From contig JBHGNT010000013.1 in assembly GCA_043228905.1 (NCBI GenBank), positions 7,502,001-7,566,000 of the forward strand: a stretch of DNA of 64,000 bases. Direction: 5' to 3'. The number at the start of each line of letters is the position of its first letter. Within the stretch, counting starts at the first letter, position 1. Below are positions 1 through 12,471 of this stretch, piece by piece. The notes beneath the pieces are model-generated. The model had not been told where the DNA came from, searched no databases, and saw only the letters and a program-made list of their open reading frames with translations. Origin of the DNA: Azolla caroliniana (lineage: Eukaryota > Plantae > Polypodiophyta). A program made the position numbers and the translations under genes.

Positions 1-1766
1 GGAAGCCTCATTTAATGATACCCTTGGGGAAATGGAGAATTTCATGGACTTGGGCCCTCGTAGCCAGCGATCAATTCAGATAAACTTCATCAACATGTAC
101 ATTGCCATCGGCAAGTATAGTCGAAGTATCATGGCAAAGAAAGTCGAAGTCAATATAAAATACAAGACGGTGGACAAGAAAGTAAAACTTGTTGCTATTC
201 CGCTGCCTTAGGATAGCTGGCAAAGAATGAAGGAAGTTGCGTGGGATCCAAGTTTACAGGATCCGAGAGGAATCTGACATGCCTTCACTAAAGAGAAGCT
301 TTGTGTTGGGAAAGATGAAATTCTCTTGCCAGAAGAGGAAGTCACATTTCGGGAAATGCTTGAAAGACATAGGAAAGCATTTGCTTTCTATCGGAGTGAA
401 ATCGAATGCGCTGATCCAAAGATAATAGAACCGATGGTGATATTCACAATACCACATGTGCCATAGAACCTAAAGCCGGTACCAATCCCAAGAGCACATA
501 TTCCGATCTTAATCAAGCTCTTCAAAGAGAAGTTCGAGATGGGAATTCTGGAGCCATCAAATGCTCCTTACTTGAATAGGTGGTTCACGGTACCAAAGAA
601 GAATAGAACCTTAAGGTTCATACAAGATCTTCAACTAGTGAATAAAGTGACAATCCGCAATGCCGGGATCGGCCCAAGTATCGATGAGTTCATAGAAGTA
701 TTTGCGGGAAGGTTCATTTGTTCTATTCGTGATCTCTACTCAGGCTACGATCAGTTTCAACTAGTAGTCGACAACAGAGACATCACAACAATGAGGACTC
801 CGATTGGATTGGTATTGATGTGCACCCTACCTCAAGGCACAACCAACTCTGTCACACACATGGTAAATGCCATGAACAAAGTACTAAGAGATTGCATACC
901 AAATATTACGATGCCTTTCCTCGATGATATCCCTATAAAAGGGTGCCGTTAATCAGAAAAGGACGAGTCTTTAGATCAAGATGGATGTCAAAGATTTATT
1001 TCAAACCTATTGAAGATTACGAAAGAGTGCTACAAAGACTAGAAGGAGTCGGGCTCACATTTTCTGGAGAAAAGTCGGCATTTGGCCAACGCGATGTCCT
1101 AGTAGTGGAACATCTTTGCGGACCATATGGACGGAAACCCGCTCCTAAGAAGGTGAATACTATTCAAGAGATGCGAGAAGAATGTATATCCAAGACAGAA
1201 GTGCAAAGATTCTTGGGAGCGTGTGCCTTTTATCATATCTGGATCCCGCACTATGCCCATGTCTCTAAGCCATTATATGGATTACTAATGAAAAGAAAGA
1301 AGTTCGAATGACGGGAGGAACATAAAAACGCGATGTGAATATTGAAGAAACTACTTCTTGAAGCTTCAATGCTAAGAAAGGCTGACTATACTGAAGGAAA
1401 ACCGATTTATGTGACTGCGGATACGAGCCCAACCGGAATCGGGTGGGTCATCAACCAAGAAGGGGAAGATAGTGCACTGTATGCCATCCAGTTCGGAGCA
1501 AAGGTCCTCAGCGAATAACAGCAAGGATATGCCCATGTCCAGTGGGAACTTTGGGGTATTGTGTTTGCAGTGAAGGTAGACAAAGACTACCTGATCGGGT
1601 CGGAAGTGATAATTGAGAAGGATTGACTCACAATCCTCAGGATGATATCAGGGTGTGCAACACCAGATCTGGCTATGCTAAGGTGGATCACCTATATCAA
1701 TTCTTTGAACCCAAAAATCCGCCACAGTGCAAAAAAGAACAACGTCATGGCTGACATGCTGTCAAG
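1..1766 (+). pseudogene. pol: Ty3/gypsy pol fragment (RT and RNase H) of host element A, left part
   Basis: ORFs 539-952 and 943-1311 carry RT motifs (LRFIQDL, DLYSGYDQF, LPQG, FLDD). RNase H follows up to ADMLS. There are multiple stops and frameshifts. It is closely similar to 56794-57950. Confidence 0.93.
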
Positions 1767-1791
1767 GGGTGAAAGCATGGGAGTGGAAACA
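1767..1791 (+). repeat. Left terminal inverted repeat of Sola2-like copy 1
   Basis: Inverted match to 16201-16225 and direct match to 33550-33574. Confidence 0.93.
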
Positions 1792-2099
1792 ATTAGCTAT
1801 GTCCTTGACATAGCTAATTAGCTGTGTAAAAAGCTACCATTGATAAATAGTCATTTTTGCAAAAAGCTACCATTAATAAATTAGCTATGCAAAAAGCTAC
1901 CATTGAAAATAGTAGAGAGTTTTAATTATATAAATGACCACCATAAATGTGCAACATAAACGTGCAACATAAATTGATATGTGCACCATAAATTATATAC
2001 CGAATTCCTAGGTCCATTATGCATGATCCTTTGCCACATCACGTGGGCCATCATTGGTTGGGTATTCTGGCTTAGATTACTACCACTGTTGCTAAACCC

Positions 2100-3010
2100 T
2101 ATTGAGTCCACTCCTCCATAGCCACCATTCTACACTCAGTTACTGACACTAAGTGGTCCAAGTATCATCTGCCACTGTTCGATCCGACGAAGTTCACTCC
2201 TCCATTGCCACCATTCTACACTCAGTTGTCACCACTGTTCAGTACAAGCATCATCTGCCCAGTTCACTCCTCCATTGCCGCCACTGTGAAGGTCATATAT
2301 TGCTGCCACTTTTCTATCCGACCGAGTTAACTCCTTCTCCACTGCCGCCATTCTACTCTTAGTTGCCATCACTGTGCGTTCCAAGCATCATCTACCACTG
2401 TTCGATCTGACGGAGTTCACTCATGCATTACCATCATTCTACACTCAGTTGCCACTACTCTTCAATGACCGGTCCTAGATTGCTACCACTTTTCGATTTG
2501 ACGGAGTTCAGACATCCATTGCCATCATTCTACATTTAGTTTCCGCTACTGTTCGGTTGTGTATTGCTGCCACTTTTCGATCTAAGGGAGTTCACTCCTT
2601 CTCCACTACCGCCATTGTACTCTCAGTTATCGTCACTATGCGTTCCAAGCATCATCTGCCACTGTTCGATTTGACGGAGTTCACTCATCCATTGCCATCA
2701 TTCTACACTTACTTGCCGCTACTGTTCGGTGGTGTATTGCTGCCACTTTTCGATCCGAAGGAGTTCACTCCTTCTCCACTGCTGCCATTCTACTCTCAAT
2801 TGTCGTCACTGTGCGTTCCAAGCACCATCTGCCACTGTTCAATCTGATGGAATTCACTCCTCCATTGCCATCCTTCTACACTCGGTTGCCGCCATTGTTC
2901 GGTCCTGGATTGTCAAAACTATTCGATGAAATGGAGTTCACTGCTGCCATTCTACACTCAGTTGCCGCCACTATTCGGCCCTAGATTACCGCCATTGTTC
3001 GGTCTTGGAT
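2100..3010. repeat. Subterminal degenerate tandem repeat (about 70-75 bp unit)
   Basis: Recurrent GGAGTTCACTCCTCCATTGCCACCATTCTACACTCAGTTGCC...CCACTGTTCGATC, roughly a dozen copies. Only 2-3 copies occur at 33840-34015. Confidence 0.9.
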
Positions 3011-3769
3011 TTGAATAACTATTTTGTCTATTGATTATCTTGTGTATTGTTCTATATAATCTTGTGTATTGCGGAATATTTTTGTGTATAGTTGTTGCCT
3101 ATAGACATCTTTAGTGTCTTTTTTTCAGGAAAATTAGGGTTTAAACCCGTCAAGCCAAATGGAAGTGGAAGGAGGGTGTTTAGAATTACCCCTCAATGAT
3201 CATCAGGATAGGGATGACGCTATCAGGACACAACAAGCGATACAAAAGTATTGGGTAGAAAAAAAAAAGAAAACATCGTCAATTGTTGAAGGATACGAAA
3301 GCCACATTCACTAAAGGTAAAGATAGTATTGGTTGGGATATAGGTCTAAATATCACTGAGAATGGAAGTAATGAGACTACTATCATAGAGAGAAAGGTTG
3401 TAGACTATTTCAATGTTCAAACCAAGCACATCAGCAATGAAGAAAAGAAGGTAGTACTTTATGGAATATTAAATGATCCATTGATAAAGGAGTTAGTTGA
3501 TTGTGATGGTCTTAATGCAAACATAACATATGTACTAGTAAATAATCTCCGTAATAGTTTTGTATCCATGAGCAGGTCAGAACATGATCTTGTCTAATGA
3601 TGTTACTTAATAGTGATGTTGACGATATTAACATCAGTGTGCTATCTAAGGTAATTAGTGTTAGTAGAAAAAGTGTGTACAATACATTGAAACGAATAGT
3701 TTCCTCGAGTGAAGGAACTAGTCTACTAAAGCTAACTTTGAGCTAAACATTTATCTCAACATTTCTTTT

Positions 3770-3990
3770 GACTTTTGAGCTTAGTTAGCTTATCAGCTAC
3801 CTCTGAATATGACCATAACCTCTTAGCTAATGCATTAAACTATGGTAATAGCTAATTAGCTAAGTGGTTGCTAATTAGCTACTCAACTAAAGTTTGATAG
3901 TAGCTAATTAGCTACCACTTAGCTAATTAGCTACTGTACTAAACTATGGTAGTAGCTAATTAGCTACCACTTAGCCATAGAGCTAATCAG
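3770..3990. repeat. TAGCTAATTAGCTA palindrome array in the transposase intron (acceptor AG at 4010-4011)
   Basis: Repeated TAGCTAATTAGCTA. The donor side is deleted in this copy but intact in copy 2. Confidence 0.85.
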
Positions 3991-4574
3991 TATGTCCATT
4001 TTATTAGGCAGGTCGATTTATTTATTAGGTTCAGGCGAATGCATCCAAATATCAACGTTAAACTACGAACATTCGAGTCTCTTAATCCACACTTTGTGAG
4101 ACGCTTGAAGGATTGATACACATGTTGTTGCATTTACCATGTACAAATGGGTTTTCTCAAGGACTCTGTTAATCTACTACGTCACCATAGTGCCTCCCTA
4201 ACAAATGCAGTTTGCACTTGTGTGTGCCCAATTTGTCGATCGAGCCCACATGAGCATTGTAAATCATCTGAGCATGTTATCTCTTCCATGAGTTGTCTTT
4301 TAGATTCAGTATTGTATCCGACAGAAACTGAGGCCATCTTCCATAGTCATAAATGTGTCATGGGTTTTTGTCTGGATTGTGGCCCTAGTAGATTTAGGTG
4401 GTGTCCAAATGAATTGAGTAGTGAAATACTAATCTCTGTCAAGTTATTTGAGTTAGTTGACACCAATTTCGAAGGGAAGGTGTGTAAAAGAAAGGATCTA
4501 GTTAGGAAGTCGCTTAAACCAAGGGATTTGGCGTCTCTATTTGTAGTATCTCTAGGAAAATTCATTAAACACAA

Positions 4575-4884
4575 CTTCATTTATTCATGGCAAGCCCATC
4601 AGTTCAAGACTTGCATATCTGATTTTCCAAATGATGTAGTAGTCTCAGTAGTAGATTTCGTAGAGAATTATACTTTCAAGCAGCAGAATGAAATTCAATC
4701 TATGCATTGGTGTTCAGCGCAGGTAACCATTTTTGTGCACATAACATATTTTCGAGTTTCAAGTGATTCATTCTGTTGCTTGAAAGTATAATTCTCTGCG
4801 AAATCTACTACTGAGACTACTAAATCATTTGGAAAATTAGATATGCAAGTCTTAAATTGATGGGCTTGCCATGAATAAATGAAG
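4575..4884. repeat. 118-bp inverted duplication inside the transposase (arms 4575-4692 and 4767-4884)
   Basis: The minus-strand ORF 4695-4898 repeats FIYSWQAHQFKTCIS...DFAENYTFKQQNE. I count about 6 mismatches between the arms. It is absent from copy 2. Confidence 0.93.
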
Positions 4885-5291
4885 GGTTTGGATAACACCT
4901 TGTTCGTCCAACATTGTTTTAACTTACATTCGCAATGGTTATTAGCTAAACGTTTGGAGCTTACTCAACATTGGGTCTAGTCTGATGGAGCTGCGTGACA
5001 ATTCAAGGCTAGACATCCATTTAATTTTGTGGGGAGGTATCCTACTATAACAGGTTTGGAGATGAGATGGAAATTTTTTGGGTTTGGCCATGGTAAAGGT
5101 GAACATGATGGTGTAGATGTTGTTATAAAGCGGGCACTTACCCATGAACAACTAAAGGCAGATGGTGTGCAAATGAATTGTGCAGCACATGTAGTTGAAT
5201 TTTTAAGAGCTAATATGTCACCAAGTGCAACTGGTGTTTATTCCTCGCAGGTCCGAGATATCAAACGTGAATTTTGGGAAGTGAAGATCTT

Positions 5292-5660
5292 TGTTAGGAA
5301 ACAGGTCCCTCCGGACGGGAAGACCCGGTAAGAACCGGATGAGGAGTACCCGGAAACGGAAGACCCGGTGAGAACCGGATGATTAGTGCCCGGCAAGCGC
5401 CGGATGAAGGAGTACCCAGAAACGGAAGACCCGGTGAGAACCGGATAAGGAGTACTCGATCAAGCGCCGGATGATGCAGGCCCGGTGAGGAGTGCTCACC
5501 GGATGGAGGGACATATTCGTAAATATGTTTTCTAAGAGTCCATCGGGGCTATATTTGTAAATAGCCGAAAAGTCGTATTAGTATAAATATGACTTAGGGC
5601 AAACTTAGAGGTAGTTGTTGTCATTCTTGTTGGCGCTAGATTAGAGAGCGCGTAACAGTG

Positions 5661-5720
<60 letters not shown>

Positions 5721-8700
5721 GAGGTCGTTGCCTTTGTTGTAATCGCCGTCTGTGGCGAAGATCGTGAGCACGAGGTCGTTGCCTCCGTGAGCTCACTGAT
5801 TGTAATCATTGTGATATAGTGATAGTTTGGAGTTTGTGAACTCCCGTGGTTTTTCCCTCTCAGGGTTTTCCACGTTAAACTTCCTGTGTATTCTTCTCTC
5901 CTTTGTGTCGTGCGTTCATTATCCATTTTCTGTGTTGGATTTTAGACTCGGTTGTGGCCGAGCATTGTTCATCGGAGCATGTAGTTCCTGTCAAAGTGGT
6001 ATCAGAGCGAAACAACACAGAAGATGGACGAATCGTTGGGCGGCATGTTCAAGCTCACCGGCTCCAACTATTCAGTGTGGAAGTCGAAGATGAGGGACAT
6101 GCTCATGGTTAAAGATCTTTGGTTGCCGGTTCAGTTCGGGGACAAGAAACCGGACAAAATCGACGCCACGATATGGGAGGTGATGACATGAAGACAACGG
6201 CATACATATGGTGCTTCATCGACATGAGCCTATACAACAACTTCAATGAAGAGAGCAAGGCTCATGAGCTCTCGGAGAAGATCAGCATTATGTTTTAAAA
6301 CAAAAATGTTGTTAACCAGGTTTCGGTATTCCGGAAGCCAGTAAGACTCCAGTACCAAGATGCCTCCAGCATGGCGGAGCACATGAATGCCTTCCAGGGG
6401 CTGATACACCAGGCAACATCATTGGAAGTACCTCTCATCGACGAGGTACTAGTGCTACTCCTGCTCGGTTCCCTCCCGAATAGCTGGGAGACATTGGTTG
6501 TCACTTTGGGCAACGTCGGGCCGGAAGGGAAATGGTTATCCCTAGCAAGAGTAAAGTCGAGCTTGCTAGATGAGGAGGCGCGTCGGAAAGATAAGCATAC
6601 GAGCTTCGACTCCAAAGCGCTCCTTACCGAATTGGAACGCGGAAGACAAAGGAACTGTAGTCCCCAGAACTGGGAGAAGTCGGGGACACGGTCAAAGTCA
6701 AGGGGGAGGCCTACTTGCTTCTATTGCGGCAAGCCGGGACACTTCCAGAAGAATTGTCGGCATTTCCGAAAAGACAAGGAAACTGACAGTACTGATTCAA
6801 AGCGGACACCGGACTGGAACGGTAAAGACCGGAGGGGGCGAACCGGAAGGGAACGACGGCAATCGCGGCAAGTGAAGAAGAGTTGATGCTCATCACTGAG
6901 GAGAGTGAGGTACACCTTGCCGACGACGAGACAACCTAGGTGGTTGACTCTGGAGCGTCGTTCCACCTTACCCTGGACCGGAAATGCGTCTCATCCTACT
7001 CAGTCGGTGATCACGGCTGTGTCTGGATGGGGAATGAAGGTACATGCTGAATTGTTGGCATAGGAGACGTGTGGTTGACAACGCCAACCGGATGCAAGCT
7101 GCTGTTGAAGGATGTCTAACACGTTCCGGAGGTTCTACTGAACCTGATATCAGCCGGTCGGCTAGATGATGAAGGCTACACGGGTAGCATCCGGGATGGT
7201 GTTATGAAGTTCAGCAAAGGGAGCCTAATTGTGGCTCGGGCCCGGAAGGTCAACACCCTGTATCTGATGGATGCCCGGTTATATCCGGAGGAAGTGAACG
7301 TGGCATCCGACACTGCCGCTGAGCTGTGGCACAAGAGGCTGTGTCACATGAGCGAGAAGGGGATGAAGAGGCTTGCAGACGACAACCTCATTCCAATGAA
7401 GAATGTGCACTTGGAGAAGTGCATTGATTGTCTGGCCGGTAAACAAAACACAACCTCCTTCTGATCGAGGCCACTGATGAGACGTAATGCACCACTGGAG
7501 TTGGTGCATACTGATGTATGTCAAGTGGACACGAAGTCACATGCCGGATCGCAGTACTTTGTGACGTTCATAGATGACCACAACTGGAAGCTGTGGGCCA
7601 CACCGTTGAAGACGAAGGATCAGGTGTTATCCATCTTCAAAGAGCTCCACGCGAGAGTGGAAAGAGAAATCGGCCGGAAGTTGAAGGCGGTTCGAGCAGA
7701 TAACGGAGGTGAATACCGAGGGCAGTTCGAGGAGTACTGTCGCTCAAAGGGAATCTGGCTCAAATTTACCGTGCCGAAGACGCCGGAACTAAACGGGTTG
7801 GCCGAGAGGATGAACCAGACCATAATGGAGAGGGTTCGGAGTATGTTGGCGCATGCAAAACTACCCAAGAAGTTTTGGGTTGAGGCACTGTCGACGGCGA
7901 CATATGTGATAAACAAATCACCCTCAGTACCCTTGGACGGAGACACGCCACAGAGAGTGTGGACCGGTAAGGAAGTGTCCTACCGGCATCTGAAGGTATT
8001 CGGGTGTCTTGCGTACGTGCATGTAGCTAAGGACCGGAGAGGAAAACTAAATCCGAAGACCCGGCCATGCATATTCCTCGGTTACGGCGATGATGAGTTC
8101 GGCTACCGAGTGTGGGACCTGGTTGACAAGAAGGTATTCCGGAGTCGAGATATTATCTTCATGGAGGACAAGACGCTCGCCGATTGGGAGTTGGAGAAGA
8201 AGATAATGAACTCTGAGTCGACCGGTAAGGATTGATTCCACGATGAGCAGACCCAACCGGCAAGAGACCGGTTAGCACTCGAGGAACCAGCCGGTTACAG
8301 TGAGGATACCGAACCGGCAGAAGAAGAAGTAGAGGAAGCTGAAACCGGAACCGGCCAAGACCCCGAATCGGATTCGGATGAAGAGCAAATGGAGGAGCCG
8401 GTTACCAAAGCCCAGAGACAGAGATATCCTCTCAGAGAGAGAAGGCCCCCCCGAAGATTTCGGAATTCAGAGCATGTGCTGCTAACCGATGAGGGGGAGC
8501 CATAAACCTTCGAAGAAGCGAAGGATGACACCCACAACCGAAATTGGTTAAGTGCCATGCAGGTTGAGATGGATTCCCTACATGAGAACCATACGTACGA
8601 ATTGGTGGAGTTGCCGAAAGGAAAGCGGGCACTCCAAAACAAGTGGGTGTACAAGTTGAAACCAGGAGATGCCGGCAACCCCCCGAGATACAAAGCCAGG

Positions 8701-10510
8701 ATCGTGGTGAAGGGGTTCCCGCAGAAGCAGGGCCTGGACTTCGATGAAATATTTGCCCTGGTAGTAAAGATGACCTCCATCCGGATGGTGCTGAGTATAG
8801 CGGCAAGCATGGACCTCGAGGTAGAGCAGCTGGACGTGAAGACGACATTCCTTCACGGTGACCTCGAAGAGGAGATCTACATGCAGCAACCGGAAGTATT
8901 CGTGGAGAAAGGGAAGGAGCAACTGGTTTGCCGGTTGAAGAAGAGCTTGTACGGAGTGAAGCAGGCTCCCCGACAATGGTACCGGAAGTTCGACTCCTTC
9001 ATGACCAATCAAGGGTACCACAAGACGCATGCCGATCACTGCGTGTTTGTGAAGAAGTTTGAAGGAGGCGACTTCCTGATACTCCTTCTATACGTGGACA
9101 ACATGTTGATTGTCGGACAGGACCAAGCCAAAATACGGATGCTGAAGAAGGCTCTCAACCAGACCTTCTCAATGAAAGACTTGGGTCCAGCAAGACAGAT
9201 GCTGGGGATGCATATCATCCGGAACCGGTCAATGAAGCAATTGTGGCTGTCACAGGAGAAGTACGTGACAAAGGTGCTTCAGCGGTTCAACATGTCAGAT
9301 GCTAAACCGGTCGGATCGACACTTCCGGAAAACTGCAGGTTATCCGGTAATCAAAGCCCGAAGACGAAAGCAAAGAAAGTGGATATGATGAAGGTTCTAT
9401 ATGCCTCTGTTGTTGGGAGCTTAATGTACGCAATGGTGTGTACTTGACCAGATATTGGATACGCAGTCACAGTGGTGAGCCGGTTCATGAGCAATCCCGG
9501 CAAGGAGCACTGGAACGCGGTCAAATGGATACTCTAGTACTTGAAGGGCACTTCGAATATGTGTCTCTGATTCGGCTTCAGAAAACCTCAACTTGACGGT
9601 TTTACCGATTCAGACATGTCGGCTGATGTGGATACCAGCCGATCTACATCCAGGTATGTTATGACATATGCAGGGGGAGCTGTTTCGTGGCAGTCGAGAC
9701 TGCAGAAGACGGTTGTGTTGTCAACAACGAAGGCGGTGTACATGGCGGTTGTGGAAGCCGGCAAGGAAATATTATGGATGATAGACTTCATCGGAGAGCT
9801 CGGTATCCGGAAAGATGAATATCGGCTCTATTGTGACAGTCAAAGTGCCATCCACCTTACTAAGAATGCGGCCTACCATTCCCGGACGAAGCATATCCAG
9901 CGAAGGTAACACTGGATCCGGGAAAGAGTGGATGACCAGGAGTTCGCGCTGACGAAGATCCACACGGCCGAGAACGGGTCAGATATGCTGACCAAAGTAC
10001 TGATACCTGACAAGCTGGAAGCATGTCAGAAGCGGGTCGGACTAGTAAGACATCCCATGCCGGAGTGAAGGGGGAGTTTGTTAGGAAACAGGTCCCTCCG
10101 GATGGGAAGACCCGGTAAGAACCGGATGAGGAGTACCCGGAAACGGAAGACCTGGTGAGAACCGGATGATTAGTGCCCGGCAAGCGCCGGATGAAGGAGT
10201 ACCCGGAAACGGAAGACCCGGTGAGAACCGGATGATGAGTGCCTAGCAAGCGCCGGATGAAGGAGTACCTGGAAACGGAAGATCCGGTGAGAACCAGATG
10301 AGGAGTACCCGGCAAGCGCCAGATGATGCAGGCCCAGTGAGGAGTGCTCACCGGATGGAGGGACATATTCGTAAATATGTTTTCTAAGAGTTCATCGGGG
10401 CTATATTTGTAAATAGCCGAAAAGTCATATTAGTATAAATATGACTTAGGGCAAACTTAGAGGTAGTTGTTGTCATTCTTGTTGGCACTAGATCAGAGAG
10501 CACGTAACAT

Positions 10511-10541
<31 letters not shown>

Positions 10542-10817
10542 GAAGAGGTCGTTGCCTTTGTTGTAACCGCCGCCTGTGGCGAAGATCGTGAGCACGAGGT
10601 CGTTGCCTCCGTGAGCTCACTGATTGTAATCATTGTGATATAGTGATAGTTTGGAGTTTGTGAACTCCCGTGGTTTTTCCCTCTCAGGGTTTTCCACGTT
10701 AAACTTCCTGTGTACTCTTCTCTCCTTTATGTCATGCGTTTATTATCCGTTTTCTGTGTTTGATTTTAGACTTGGTTGTGGCCGAGCGTTGTTCATCGGA
10801 GCATGTAGTTCCTGTCA
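5292..10817 (+). mobile_element. Full-length Ty1/copia LTR retrotransposon (Tnt1/Tork-like), degenerate
   Basis: LTRs TG...CA at 5292-5993 and 10079-10817. PBS TGGTATCAGAGC at 5997-6008 (tRNA-Met). PPT GAAGGGGGAG before 10079. TSD GATCT at 5286-5290 and 10818-10822, with one extra T at 5291. Confidence 0.96.
6024..10068 (+). pseudogene. gag-pol: copia gag-pol (zinc knuckle, protease, integrase, RT, RNase H) with stops
   Basis: CFYCGKPGHFQKNC, VDSGASFH, WHKRLCHMS, HTDVC...RADNGGEY...NGLAER, QLDVKT, LLYVD, SRTKHI. Confidence 0.95.
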
Positions 10818-11775
10818 GATCTGGGAGTGCCAAGGAATTCCCGAATGGCGATCTCTCCATGTTGTTCGCGGTTATTCTAGGTTGGATGGTCATTGTATTG
10901 TGGTTAGAAAATTAACTTGTTTTTGCTTCCATTGTGTGCAGGGAAATTGGAGGTATTGTTTAAACAAAGCATATATTCAGAATTGGGAGTATGATACATT
11001 GAACGATAAAGAAGTAGTTGATAGGGAAACAGAAAAGAATGTTGACTTCACATATCAAGGACGTGGAGACACTCTGAGTGATGTCTTAAATGTTGGGGAT
11101 AATTTTGCTATAAATGCTGATTTCTATATATTGGAGTGCACGGTTAGTAAATAGTGTGCAACGCAGAATATATTAGATGCTTGGGGAAATGTTGTATCTA
11201 CCGGGATACTCTACATCGAAGGTATTTTTTATGCAAGACTAGATGATTACGATTATGTGTATAGGCTATTAGAAGGCAAACCAGTGGCGTACATGTACTC
11301 TCATTTGGTCAGGTGCATCAATGTCCCAATGTCGCAATACAATAGCTACTCAGGTTTATACACAGTTAGTGCTAATGTGTATGAAAGTATTTACAACAGT
11401 ATGCCATGGAATTTATAACTACAAGTAGCAATTACTAGGTTTCTTGTAAAACAAACAAAGCACATGTATTGCAAATAAACAATTTAATGGACCTGTTTGG
11501 GAGTTTTTTTTTTCATATACAGTCTACTTTTTGTGCTTCTTCTATTAGTCTTCTATATGATATACACTTTAATAATAACGTTTAGGTTCTTCTTTCTGAG
11601 ATACAGATTTACTCAAGTGAACCATGTACAAGTTAAAATAGTTTGCATAATTTTAAGAAAAAACACTATCATGAAATCAACAATCTTGAACATACTCTTA
11701 AAATTACATAGTAGATAAGTTACTCAAAACAAGAAATTTAATTCTTCATTGATTAAGTGGTAGCAAATTACATAT

Positions 11776-12471
11776 TTATAACATCCCATTGCCAATGTCT
11801 TGAAATCGTCTATAAACAGCTAAGCTCTTGCTGGTCAGTGGAACTTCTCAACATATATGATCTGCATACCACGCACGGTATGGAGTCCACATCCATGTAG
11901 CTAGTTGGCAGTTCAATGTTTTCACGAAATAGTGTTTCGGCATTTCATCGGGTAGAATGAGACAACATCTGTGAATGTTGAAGTAATGTCGGAAATGTTC
12001 TATATCTAGAATCAATGTATTGTCGGCATTATAATCTGGCCAAGTGTCCCAAAAATCAAAAAGTCTTTTGAATCTTGCAACATCATTCTGCTCACAATTC
12101 TTTCGTGTCCACTGACCCTTGAAATGTTGTTGCCACTTCGGGAAAAATCTTTCCACACACTTCCACACATCTGTACATGGTTTTTCGCTCCAAATAAACA
12201 AATCAAAATATTCCACAACCCACTCCAGAAATTGATTTGCGTCCCTCCTTGGTGTCATATATCGCACACTCATCAGGACTTTATCAAGATCCAAGATCAA
12301 GGCTCTTCTTTTGACTTCTAATGGTTTAGTTTTCCATTCTTGTAATTGAGCCTCTATTACACCAATTATTGGTAACACACGATCAAGGTTAATCAACTTA
12401 GGTTCTGTCAGCACAATTGGTGTCCTTTCCCTCTTCAAACCCATGGTTGACTGTGTTGGTCCTAGCTTCAC
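11776..12471 (-). CDS. FCP1/NIF-like HAD-superfamily phosphatase domain; last exon of the transposon's second gene (probably pseudogenised)
   Basis: ORF 11848-12471 contains ALILDLDKVL (DxDxV), RRDANQFLEWVVEYFDLFIWS, WTRKNC, FKRL and YNADNTLILD, in the order of the FCP1/SCP domain. The frame continues past a TGA to a TAA at 11776-11778. Confidence 0.78.

Larger units (their letters stand above)
3159..11418 (+). pseudogene. Sola2-like DDD transposase pseudogene (one intron; interrupted by a copia at 5292-10817)
   Basis: ATG at 3159 and a Cys-rich CCIYH / CxCxxC region. Motifs are VVDF(A/V)ENY, QNEIQSMHW, SDGAAxQFK and FFGxGHGKGEHDG. The C-terminus with CFCFHC resumes at 10818 and ends PWNL* at 11418. 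It aligns with copy 2. Confidence 0.85.

Noticed and set aside
2100-3010. Possible CRISPR-like array
   Set aside because: The units are degenerate tandem copies without unique spacers. There are no cas genes and the context is eukaryotic.
5532-5926. ORFs with SLSLSL runs (also 10384-10620 and 25509-25725)
   Set aside because: These are translations of (GA)n/(CT)n microsatellites in LTRs.
10651-11154. Novel LTR-transposase fusion protein
   Set aside because: This is a chance open frame from LTR U5 into the transposase tail, beginning at a non-ATG codon and lacking the catalytic core.
11848-12471. Host CTD phosphatase gene
   Set aside because: It lies inside matched TIRs and a TSD that interrupt a gypsy pol, so it is element cargo rather than a resident locus.
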